Assembly: GCA_039798685.1 (NCBI GenBank)
Contig: JBDKFM010000002.1
Location: 1-39,219, forward strand
Direction: 5' to 3'
Origin: Candidatus Parcubacteria bacterium
Lineage (GTDB): Bacteria > Patescibacteriota > Microgenomatia > Levybacterales > UBA12049
DNA length: 39,219 nucleotides
Under the pieces are notes generated by a model, which saw only the letters and a list, made by a program, of their open reading frames with translations, was not told the origin of the DNA and did no database searches. Position 1 is the first letter of the stretch. Each line of letters begins with the position of its first letter. The position numbers and the translations under genes were made by a program. Below, in pieces: positions 8,223 through 16,273 of the stretch.

Positions 8223-9530
8223 CTATGAGGGATGCACATACCTGTAGGTAATAGCAATTGTCGTCAAAAGCATCACACTAAGATACAACACGCTGATTCT
8301 TCCGAACCATTGATCTTTTTTAAAAAGAATAAGTAACAGTAACGGCACACATAACAACCCGAGTAAAATCCGGTAAAAAAACGGGGAAAGACCGAAATAT
8401 GAATCATAAAAATACTCAAGCTGCGGGATACCGACCAAAATACAGACAAGAAAAAATGCCATACTTTTTTTCCTGAGAGTCTCCAAAAGAAACAGCGAGG
8501 TTGCAGCCGCCATGAACGGAAACAGCGGGATCAGATACCAGCCGCTTTGCCCTGTCTTTGAGAGTGATGCAAGAAGTGTGAAAAAATACACCCCTGCCGG
8601 AATAAGTAGAAGCAGATGTTTTTTATATTCCCGGCTCAGAAATCCTAACGAGACAAATCCGAGAAAATACCATCCGTCATAGTACACTTTATTGACAATA
8701 ACAGGCTGCAACACAAGCATCCACAGGGCTTGCGGACCGATATCGCGACCTGATTGCAAACCCTGAATCTCCCAGAATAAATTCCAGTTATACAGTGCAG
8801 CATAGACGAAAAGCAGGGATGCACAGAGCAAAAATGAAGCCGTCAACAGAGCACTCTGCCTGAGAGACAGATTATTGCGGAAAAACAGACACAAAAGTAT
8901 CACAAAGAGTACGCCGCCAAGTATTTTTGTCAAAAAAGCAGCTCCGGCAATTACTCCCAACACAAAAACGCGTTGCCAACTCAGATGATGTTTCCACCGC
9001 GAAAAAAGTAACAACGCCGTCACAAAGAGAAGTGCGAGCTGATTCTCTGCAACCGAGACCCGCTGATTCATCACAAAAATAGTCACCGTTGAGTAAAGAA
9101 CTAACGTCAGAAGCGCAGCAGCAAAACTATACTCACGCTTGATGAGGAAGAACAAAATAATTCCGGTCAGTGTCGTCATCAATATCGGGAAAAGACGTAT
9201 CGTCTCAAGTTTTTGCTCAGTAAACCCCTCCTGTTCAAATCCTAAAAGAAACATGCCAAGTGTCAGCGCATATCCGGGTGGATGATCGAAATAAGGCGAC
9301 ACAATAGGAAAGTAGATATGGTCAATGATTACATCCTCCCGGTTGTGATACGCCTGAAATGCAGACCATGAAACAGGCATCCCTTTTGTCAAAAGACTCG
9401 TCCCGAGAAACGAGTATGTGTACTCATCTGAAGTGGCTCCTCGTTGGGGAAAATAACTGTAGTGATACACCCTAAGCCAGATACTGAGAAGGATGACAAG
9501 AACAAATAATATTTTTTGCAGTAGCGACAT
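8223..9530 (-). CDS. Polytopic GT-C-fold glycosyltransferase (GT39/ArnT/PMT-like)
   Basis: More than 10 predicted TM helices. The first-loop acidic motif (RGATSDEYTYSFLG) resembles the DE motif of ArnT/PMT-type lipid-linked sugar transferases. Confidence 0.65.
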   Translation of the reverse strand: MSLLQKILFVLVILLSIWLRVYHYSYFPQRGATSDEYTYSFLGTSLLTKGMPVSWSAFQAYHNREDVIIDHIYFPIVSPYFDHPPGYALTLGMFLLGFEQEGFTEQKLETIRLFPILMTTLTGIILFFLIKREYSFAAALLTLVLYSTVTIFVMNQRVSVAENQLALLFVTALLLFSRWKHHLSWQRVFVLGVIAGAAFLTKILGGVLFVILLCLFFRNNLSLRQSALLTASFLLCASLLFVYAALYNWNLFWEIQGLQSGRDIGPQALWMLVLQPVIVNKVYYDGWYFLGFVSLGFLSREYKKHLLLLIPAGVYFFTLLASLSKTGQSGWYLIPLFPFMAAATSLFLLETLRKKSMAFFLVCILVGIPQLEYFYDSYFGLSPFFYRILLGLLCVPLLLLILFKKDQWFGRISVLYLSVMLLTTIAITYRYVHPS

Positions 9531-9582
9531 GACGATATGCTTATCCTATCGACTCCTTCAAAAAACTGCAAGACAAATCCAA

Positions 9583-10629
9583 CTATTCTTCGGGTAGTGG
9601 TGTCACCCCAGAAAATTGTGTCGTATAAAAATGCATACTTCTTTCAACAGCTTGTGGCCAACTTCCGTTGTTGAAGTTATGATTCTCACCCTGATAAACA
9701 AAATATTCATGTGTTATTTCTTTTTTGGTTAAAAGCTCATCAAACTGATCCGACCAACGCTTCGGTACTGCCTCATCCGCTGATCCCTGATGCAGCTGAA
9801 GAGGAGCTTGTATCCATGAAAGATATTTCGTGACAGTATACTCATAGACGTCATACTCCCGTTCGAATTCAGCAATAACTTTCCGAAGTGCCTTCCCTTC
9901 ATCATCAAACTCATCTGTAAAATACAAAATGTTATAGGGAAACGGTTTTGTGACAGGGGCCCACAGTACTGTCGGGATCGGTTTTCCCGAAATTGCCAAG
10001 ACGCTGAGTGCAATTTGCCCTCCGTTGCTATGCGCCCAGATACCGATCTTTGTCAGATCTGCTTGCTGTGTGAGATCGTCATCATTTTCAAGAGCAGTAT
10101 TCAAAGTACCAACGGATGCAAGAAGCGAGAGCGCTGTCGTATATGTTTGAAAGCGCTCTTCGATCGATTTCTCAGATGGCATATCTGACTCTCCATATCC
10201 TAAAAAATCAGGAGCGAGTGTGATAAATCCATTTCTCGCAAATTCCTCAGCCGTTCTTCTCGTTCCCTCACCGGTCGTATATATCTCACGGTCTACATAC
10301 CCGCGAAATAAAATAATCACAGGATATGTACCCTCTTTTACTGGGAGATTGAGAAGTCCGCTGACTTTTTTCTCACCGTCCCGAAAGTAAAACATACGGG
10401 ACGTAAACGCTTCATCTTCTTTTATTACTTTTCCAAATGTGATTTTTCCCTCAGGAAATGCAGTTTCCCTGAGACGCTTGTAGGAGTACTTCGCGAGTGG
10501 TTTTTCAAATATCCTCTGCTCTTTGGCAATAGGATTGACGATTTTTTCACTGATAGAACTTTTGAAAATATATAAGCCACCCCCTACACTAAGCCCGATG
10601 ACGAGAACAAGGATCAGTAGTTTCCACAT
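9583..10629 (-). CDS. Membrane-anchored alpha/beta hydrolase (S9 prolyl-oligopeptidase / dienelactone-hydrolase-like)
   Basis: N-terminal TM helix. Nucleophile elbow GIWAHSNGG (GxSxG-type). C-terminal LHQGSADEAVP and GENHNF supply the Asp/His of a catalytic triad. Confidence 0.75.
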   Translation of the reverse strand: MWKLLILVLVIGLSVGGGLYIFKSSISEKIVNPIAKEQRIFEKPLAKYSYKRLRETAFPEGKITFGKVIKEDEAFTSRMFYFRDGEKKVSGLLNLPVKEGTYPVIILFRGYVDREIYTTGEGTRRTAEEFARNGFITLAPDFLGYGESDMPSEKSIEERFQTYTTALSLLASVGTLNTALENDDDLTQQADLTKIGIWAHSNGGQIALSVLAISGKPIPTVLWAPVTKPFPYNILYFTDEFDDEGKALRKVIAEFEREYDVYEYTVTKYLSWIQAPLQLHQGSADEAVPKRWSDQFDELLTKKEITHEYFVYQGENHNFNNGSWPQAVERSMHFYTTQFSGVTPLPEE

Positions 10630-10708
10630 GATTTTGCGTAGTGTATACTAACAAAAAGAAAGAAAAATTGCCATTTTAACCATCCTTCTTAGGCGTAATT
10701 GTGCATTA

Positions 10709-10737
10709 TTGACAAAGATTTCAATACACCCTATAAT
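10709..10737 (+). promoter_or_regulatory. Perfect consensus sigma-70 promoter TTGACA-17-TATAAT, 14 nt upstream of the ATG at 10752
   Basis: Read directly: aTTGACAaagatttcaatacacccTATAATttactctaggacttATG. Confidence 0.65.
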
Positions 10738-10751
10738 TTACTCTAGGACTT

Positions 10752-11267
10752 ATGGATACTAAGAGAGAAGTGTTTAAACGTCGCCCAAAAGAAGTCACCG
10801 TAGCCGTGGATATCATCATTGATAAAGATGCGGCACTTGCACGGATTGAGCCCTTGGTCGTAATATATGATTACGAGGTGCTTAACGCAATTCGATCCGA
10901 AGATCAATCTGTGGCGCCTGAAGTTAAAAGATTTCATACACAAGCCAGAGAAACAGCGCAAGTTAGACTCGACCTCTACTCAAGTCTCCGGAGTGGCGTA
11001 CAAAGCGGGAGAGTATCACTTTTTCCAGATCCTAATTTACACGCAAATGATCCCTATTTTATTCCTCGATCTAAACTCTTGGCAGACGATAGAGAATTTG
11101 TTCTAGGGATGTCAGAATTAATGGATATCATCGATATATTAATAGCACCAAGAGCTATAACTACAACCTCAGAAGCCGAAAAAAATAGAACAAGATTAAA
11201 CGTTATAAATCGGTTACAAAAGGAAGAGAATGTGAATTTTATGGTCACCCCACCTCCTCAGGGATAA
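10752..11267 (+). CDS. Hypothetical protein (171 aa)
   Basis: ORF directly downstream of the consensus promoter. Its stop abuts the uppS stop with 0 nt between them. No recognisable motif. Confidence 0.6.
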   Translation: MDTKREVFKRRPKEVTVAVDIIIDKDAALARIEPLVVIYDYEVLNAIRSEDQSVAPEVKRFHTQARETAQVRLDLYSSLRSGVQSGRVSLFPDPNLHANDPYFIPRSKLLADDREFVLGMSELMDIIDILIAPRAITTTSEAEKNRTRLNVINRLQKEENVNFMVTPPPQG

Positions 11268-11948
11268 CTACTTCCCGAACCTTCTCTCCCGCGCGGCAAA
11301 ATCATCAAGAGCAATTTGCAGCTCCTTTTCATCAAAATCAGGCCAGAGAGTATCAGTAAAATAAAGCTCCGTATAGACAGACTGCCAAGGCAAAAATCCA
11401 CTAAGCCTTTTCTCTCCCCCTGTCCGGATCATAAAATCAGGATCGGGAATATTCGACGTGTAGAGATAATTGCTAAATTGCTTATCGTTTATCGCGAATT
11501 GCTTATCATCTACTGCTTTTTTTATTGCCTGGAGAATCTCATCCCTACCCCCGTAATTGAGAGCAATTGTGACCGTAATTTTTTTATTGTCTTTTGTTTC
11601 TTCAAGTAGCTTCTTTAAGTCACTTTGTATATCCTGAGGAAATTTGCTGATATCTCCGATGACTCCAAACTTTACGTCATTTTTCTTCATCCTCTCAACC
11701 ATGGGATCACGAAACATTCTCCTGAATACTTCCATCAGCACCGCAACCTCCTGCTCCGACCGCTGCCAGTTCTCAGTTGAGAATGCCCAGAACGTCACGA
11801 ATTTCACGCCTTTCTTTGATGCGTATTCAACAAGAGGCTCTATCTGATGCGCTCCTTTATCATGGCCAAAAAGCATCTCAAGTTTGTGTGATACTGCCCA
11901 ACGCCTATTACCATCCATGATAAACGCGATATGAGTTGGAATATTCAT
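11268..11948 (-). CDS. uppS: Undecaprenyl-diphosphate synthase (cis-prenyltransferase)
   Basis: HIAFIMDGNRRWA, FSTENWQRS and IRTGGEKRLSGFLPWQ are hallmark UppS motifs. Confidence 0.93.
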   Translation of the reverse strand: MNIPTHIAFIMDGNRRWAVSHKLEMLFGHDKGAHQIEPLVEYASKKGVKFVTFWAFSTENWQRSEQEVAVLMEVFRRMFRDPMVERMKKNDVKFGVIGDISKFPQDIQSDLKKLLEETKDNKKITVTIALNYGGRDEILQAIKKAVDDKQFAINDKQFSNYLYTSNIPDPDFMIRTGGEKRLSGFLPWQSVYTELYFTDTLWPDFDEKELQIALDDFAARERRFGK

Positions 11949-12008
11949 AATTTTAAATTTTCATTGAAGCTAAAAAATCTTAATTTTACACATTTACAGT
12001 GCAAAATC

Positions 12009-12040
12009 ATTTCAAATTTCGAATTTCAAATTGAAAATTA
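12009..12040. repeat. A/T-rich inverted-repeat family, copies in the idi-uppS spacer
   Basis: atttcaaattt (12009-12019) plus the 19-mer aatttcaaattgaaaatta (12022-12040). The same 19-mer recurs at 20743-20761. Each copy overlaps the TAA stop codon of the upstream gene. Confidence 0.8.
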
Positions 12041-12562
12041 CTCAAGAAACTTTACCGTTTCTATCGCCCATGGTGTATATTTCTCAGGATTCTTTTTCAC
12101 ATCAGTGATAAATTCCTGTTTCGGCATCCATTTATATTCATAAATCACATCGGGATTCGCAGCTACTTCCCCGTTATATTTCCCTACTAACACTGCGCAG
12201 TACTCATTTTCACAATGTGCATGATATTTTGCAAAGTAATTAAATCCTCCGATTTTTTCAATCGATACATCACGAATTCCCATCTCATCTTTGAGCGATC
12301 TATTCGCTGCTTCTTCATACGTTTCATCATGTCCCTCAGAAAAGTGCAACACATGACTAATCGCTGTAAGATCCCAATACTTATCCCACCTGACATGTTT
12401 TCGTAATTGCAAAAGCACCTCGCCCTTAGAATTTTCAAGAAGCACCACGAATGCACGGTGATGAATCCCATCCCCAAAATGACACTCACCTTTATCTTCA
12501 TATGCACCCGTCGGCACATCATTCTCATCGACAATAATCAGCTGTTGTCTGGCTTGGCTCAT
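12038..12562 (-). CDS. idi: IPP isomerase type 1-like Nudix protein (catalytic Cys position not conserved)
   Basis: Aligns along its length with E. coli Idi as I recall it: His pair CHFGDGIHH, HRAF, ENE (CENEYCAVLVG), W...SH. The NSVCGHP segment reads LTAISHV here. Sits between the MVD homolog and uppS. Confidence 0.65.
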   Translation of the reverse strand: MSQARQQLIIVDENDVPTGAYEDKGECHFGDGIHHRAFVVLLENSKGEVLLQLRKHVRWDKYWDLTAISHVLHFSEGHDETYEEAANRSLKDEMGIRDVSIEKIGGFNYFAKYHAHCENEYCAVLVGKYNGEVAANPDVIYEYKWMPKQEFITDVKKNPEKYTPWAIETVKFLE

Positions 12563-12571
12563 ATACTCTGT

Positions 12572-12580
12572 ATTTTAGCA
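12572..12580 (-). promoter_or_regulatory. Extended -10 promoter TGCTAAAAT, 9 nt upstream of the idi-like ATG
   Basis: Minus strand reads ttcTGCTAAAATacagagtatATG. Confidence 0.45.
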
Positions 12581-12590
12581 GAAAGAAGAA

Positions 12591-13034
12591 TTAGACGGAC
12601 TTTTCCTGAAGAAGTGGCGCGACAAGACATAAGCGCTCACGTTTTTGTGCAAGAGTAACATGAAACATCTCTTCTGAATTTCTTGGAGTTTCTCCAATCC
12701 ATCTATCATGATGCGCCTGATATGGAGCGACATCATGGGTCGTCGCATCATGTCCATGTATACGAGTTTGAAGCTCCCCACTCTCATCTCTCCGCTCATA
12801 GATTTCACCATAAGACAACTCCACGATGATTGGACGCTTATCAGGACTTAACACAGCATCAACTGGTGCAGCAGTCGCAAGTAATTCAGCTCTCGTTGGA
12901 AATAGTTCAGAATACACCAGAGTCATGAGCCCTTGCTCTCTTCTCACGCCATACGCTGCATGACGCATTTCTTTACCAGAATAAGCAACCTCAACGACGC
13001 TTCCGGAAATTGGATGTATTTCTCCTCTATTCAT
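12591..13034 (-). CDS. Hypothetical His-rich protein (147 aa) embedded in the MVA cluster
   Basis: ORF between the MVD and IDI homologs. TATAAT (13052-13057) lies 17 nt upstream. Contains the segment RIHGHDATTHDVAPYQAHHDRW. No family recognised. Confidence 0.6.
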   Translation of the reverse strand: MNRGEIHPISGSVVEVAYSGKEMRHAAYGVRREQGLMTLVYSELFPTRAELLATAAPVDAVLSPDKRPIIVELSYGEIYERRDESGELQTRIHGHDATTHDVAPYQAHHDRWIGETPRNSEEMFHVTLAQKRERLCLVAPLLQEKSV

Positions 13035-13100
13035 ATTCTTACAGGATATGGATTATAACGAAATAAAGCTAAAAAAACAAAAAAAATGCTCTTAAGGATT

Positions 13101-14081
13101 TTAGAACAGATGAGTATCGAGAAGATGCGCACCCTTTGATGCGTTTGAGGCGATGATTTGCTTCACGACAGATATTTCCCGCAATTTCTCAGAGAGAATC
13201 TTCTCTGTAGATTTCTCACAGAGTATATGGATATTCTGACCTGTGTTCATCGTGAAATAACACGCAAGCCCTTCACTTCTCCATCGCTGCACGGCTTTCA
13301 TAATAGTAATCGTTGCGGGGTACCAATAGATAAGTGAGGGGTGTGATGTCAGCATAATTGCATGCATTTCAAGAGCCTCTGATTCTGTGATCTCTCCAAA
13401 TATTTTAAAATCTTTTTCTTCAAGTGATTTCTTTATCCTTACAATTTTTTCTTTTATCAAATCTTGTCGAACTCGGAAGAAAGGACTCGATGCAGCCAAC
13501 TTCTGCCCCTCGGTTGTACTCACATCTTTTACCTGATCAGTAAGTATGACAGCGATGTCGATGATATCCCAATAATCCGGAGGATAAATACTCGTCGCAT
13601 ACGACATCTCTGACGTATCGCCATCACGCCACTCGACAAATCCATCGGGAATCGACCGACATGCCGATCCTGAACCCTGTCGCGCAAGGATGCTGAGTTC
13701 TTTTTCTGACAAATCTAATCCAGCGGCTTTTGTTGCGGCGAGTGTGAGTGCTGCAAATCCTGATGCAGATGAAGACAATCCGGTACCCCGCGGGAAACTA
13801 TTTTCTGAAACAACTTTTGCCCTCTCACTGATCCCTGCGAGCGCACGAACCCGATCAAGATGCGAGGAAACTTTTTCCTTTGTCCCATTCTTTTCTACAG
13901 TACCATTGATGACGACATCATCATCTCTCAGTGAGGAGTCAAATTCCACTGTCGTCGTTGTTGTAAGCTCCGACAAATTCATCGAGATACTTCCATTGCT
14001 TGGAAGCTTCAAAGCTTCATCTTTCCTCCCCCAATATTTTATGAATGCGATATTTGATGGAGCAATAACCGTACACTTCAT
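13101..14081 (-). CDS. mvaD: Diphosphomevalonate decarboxylase family protein (MVD/PMD homolog, atypical active-site motif)
   Basis: APSNIAFIKYWGRKDE, GLSSSASGFAAL and ARQGSGSACRSIPDGFVEW are hallmark motifs. The C-terminal motif reads CYFTMNTGQNIHIL instead of ...FTMDAGPN... Confidence 0.85.
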   Translation of the reverse strand: MKCTVIAPSNIAFIKYWGRKDEALKLPSNGSISMNLSELTTTTTVEFDSSLRDDDVVINGTVEKNGTKEKVSSHLDRVRALAGISERAKVVSENSFPRGTGLSSSASGFAALTLAATKAAGLDLSEKELSILARQGSGSACRSIPDGFVEWRDGDTSEMSYATSIYPPDYWDIIDIAVILTDQVKDVSTTEGQKLAASSPFFRVRQDLIKEKIVRIKKSLEEKDFKIFGEITESEALEMHAIMLTSHPSLIYWYPATITIMKAVQRWRSEGLACYFTMNTGQNIHILCEKSTEKILSEKLREISVVKQIIASNASKGAHLLDTHLF

Positions 14082-14179
14082 ACTTTAATTTCAAATTGCT
14101 AATGTGCAATTTTCAATATCCAATAATCTTTTCGTTTCCATTTGAAATTTGTTATTTGATATTTGAAATTTGAAATTCA
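14082..14179. repeat. A/T-rich inverted-repeat family, about 5 copies filling the kinase-MVD spacer
   Basis: aatttcaaattg (14087-14098), caattttcaat (14107-14117), atttgaaattt (14140-14150), atttgaaatttgaaatt (14161-14177). Opposite-orientation copies sit immediately after the upstream stop and just before the downstream ATG. Confidence 0.8.
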
Positions 14180-15163
14180 TTCAACCCTCACTCCTTCTGC
14201 ATTTGTTGTGACCTTAAGAACTTCTCCCCCCGCTTTCTCAATCGCGTTTTCAATAGCACGTGTACCCTGAGCATCATGAAGAGCTATCATACAATCCCCG
14301 CCTCCTGCACCTGAAAGTTTCGCTCCATATGCTCCGGCTCTTCTCACTGCGTCTATCATACCATCAAGCTTCTCTGTACTGACACCCAGTCCCACAAGTA
14401 ATTTCTGATTTTCATCCATCAACATGCCTGCTTCTTCGAAATCGTCTTTTTCAAGCGCTACTTTGGCTTTCTCAACAATTACTTCGATGTCTCTATACAC
14501 TGTCTCCACGAACTCCGGATTTTTCTGAGCGAGCTCCGCAACTTTATGTATCAAGGTTACCGTGTCTGCTTTGATCCCTGTATAACCAATGAGTAATGGT
14601 ACATGTTTTATGGATAATGGTTTTATTTCCTTTCCTCCTGTGACAAAATAAAGCGTACCGCCATATATCGCAGAAGCGACATCAAACCCAGACCCTTTCC
14701 CCTGAATATCTAAGACAGTTTTATATGAAAGATCAAAAATTTCTTTCTGTGATAAGTTCAGATCAAATAATTCTGAAAATGCTTTAGTAACACACACGGT
14801 TGTGGCGCTTGATGACCCAAATCCAAACGTCGATGCGAATTCCGATTTTGTGGAGATGTGGAGTCCGGCGATACGACTACGCGGCACACGCCCAGAATCG
14901 ATAAAATTTTTTACTGCGTACTCGACAAACCTCGCTCCTTTTGGAATCTCTCCCTTTCCCAACTCTTCTAATGATTTTTCGTAATTTTCTACCCCAACAT
15001 CCGGTGCATCTACACGTAGCGCTTTGCCCTTAGCGTTTTGCGAAACCATCAAATGCAGTCGTTGATCAACTGCGGTGACCAGACAGGGATGACCATACAC
15101 AACAGCGTGCTCACCAAAAAGCATCAGTTTTCCAGGAGCAGATACGGTAAGTGAACGCAGCAT
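14177..15163 (-). CDS. Mevalonate-kinase-like GHMP kinase, paralog 2 (candidate phosphomevalonate kinase or second MVK)
   Basis: APGKLMLFGEHAVVYG (MVK-type motif 1), GSGFDVASAIYGG (catalytic Asp), divergent P-loop FGFGSSSATT, canonical motif 3 KLSGAGGGDC. Only 3 nt lie between the upstream stop and its ATG. Confidence 0.8.
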   Translation of the reverse strand: MLRSLTVSAPGKLMLFGEHAVVYGHPCLVTAVDQRLHLMVSQNAKGKALRVDAPDVGVENYEKSLEELGKGEIPKGARFVEYAVKNFIDSGRVPRSRIAGLHISTKSEFASTFGFGSSSATTVCVTKAFSELFDLNLSQKEIFDLSYKTVLDIQGKGSGFDVASAIYGGTLYFVTGGKEIKPLSIKHVPLLIGYTGIKADTVTLIHKVAELAQKNPEFVETVYRDIEVIVEKAKVALEKDDFEEAGMLMDENQKLLVGLGVSTEKLDGMIDAVRRAGAYGAKLSGAGGGDCMIALHDAQGTRAIENAIEKAGGEVLKVTTNAEGVRVE

Positions 15164-15166
15164 ACG

Positions 15167-16240
15167 TTAGTGCACAGTGAGGCCGGATGCACCCAAACGG
15201 ATTCCGACCGGTGTGAGATTAAACTGTGCCAAAACATCTTCAAGTGTTTTCTTATCACTATGATACACGAGGAGATGACCAGTACCTCTGATTTTTCCTC
15301 CTCCCCCCGAGATCTTCGCAGCGCCACCTGACGCCTCAATACTCCTGATGATATTTTTGACGTTACCCGATACTACTTCCAATTGCTCAAGATTTTTTTC
15401 ACCCTGCTTAATAATCTCAATCAAATCCGCCTCATGATTATTCTTAAGGACAATCACCATATCCCGTGTCACTTTTTCCAGATCATTAAATACATTCGCC
15501 ACAAACTCAATTTTCTCATTATAAAGATCTCGTACTGCCTGCACCATCTCTCCTGTCGACTCCTCAGGAATTCCCGTGTCTACCAAATAAAACCGTGACG
15601 CGATCGGATCCAAAATCCCAAACGGCACACGCTGCACAACTTTCAGTACCTCAGATTCCTTTCGAAACCAGATCAAATTTCCGCTCGAGACTATCGCCGC
15701 ATCACCACCGGACGGATTTCCATGTTTTTTCTGCTCGATAAGTACCGCAATTTCATGCACTGTTGCCATCTCAAGTTTCTTCCCGAGAAACGTGATGATC
15801 GCTGTTGCAACTGCAGCCGCAAGTGCAGCGGACGAACCAAGCCCGGCACCCATCGGAATATCTGAGGTGATGGTGAGTGTAAAACCGCTCTGTGGTGGAA
15901 CTCCAAGATACAAGAGCGTCTCCCCGATTGCAATCGCGAGATAATCAACCGGATCTTTCGTGATCGCCTTCAGTATCTGTGAATCTTTCTTGTCCAGAAA
16001 ATCCTCCCACTGCTTCTGACCTCTATATGTTTTTTCCATGACCTCATCGAGTGTCAGAATAACATCTGTCTTAGTATCTTTTGAGATAATCTGAATTTTC
16101 GCATCACTTCTTGGCAGAAGATGAACCGTACATCTCCTATCGATTGCAGCCAAAAGAGCCGGTTTTCCATACACGACGGCATGTTCACCCATGAGATGAA
16201 TTTTTCCGGGAGCGGAGACAGTAATTGCCTGCATGAGCAT
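15167..16240 (-). CDS. mvk: Mevalonate kinase (GHMP kinase), paralog 1
   Basis: APGKIHLMGEHAVVYGKPALLAAID, HGNPSGGDAA, PMGAGLGSSAALAAAVA, KISGGGG. These are the most canonical MVK motifs of the two paralogs. An alternative start is the ATG at 16234. Confidence 0.82.
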   Translation of the reverse strand: MLMQAITVSAPGKIHLMGEHAVVYGKPALLAAIDRRCTVHLLPRSDAKIQIISKDTKTDVILTLDEVMEKTYRGQKQWEDFLDKKDSQILKAITKDPVDYLAIAIGETLLYLGVPPQSGFTLTITSDIPMGAGLGSSAALAAAVATAIITFLGKKLEMATVHEIAVLIEQKKHGNPSGGDAAIVSSGNLIWFRKESEVLKVVQRVPFGILDPIASRFYLVDTGIPEESTGEMVQAVRDLYNEKIEFVANVFNDLEKVTRDMVIVLKNNHEADLIEIIKQGEKNLEQLEVVSGNVKNIIRSIEASGGAAKISGGGGKIRGTGHLLVYHSDKKTLEDVLAQFNLTPVGIRLGASGLTVH

Positions 16241-16257
16241 CTATTATACTATGTGTT

Positions 16258-16266
16258 TGCTATAAT
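16258..16266 (+). promoter_or_regulatory. Extended -10 promoter TGCTATAAT, 7 nt upstream of the ATG at 16274 (leaderless arrangement)
   Basis: Read directly: ttTGCTATAATtcccaagATG. Confidence 0.55.
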
Positions 16267-16273
16267 TCCCAAG

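Noticed and set aside
13690-14088. Long antisense ORFs inside well-supported genes (13690-14088, 23071-23520, 23627-24055, 24666-25073, 36881-37318, 1782-2216, 3474-3869, 38558-38845, 38823-39191)
   Set aside because: They lie fully within, and antisense to, genes with strong family motifs. Their composition is low-complexity or Ser/Pro-rich, typical of shadow ORFs, and they have no promoter-start geometry.
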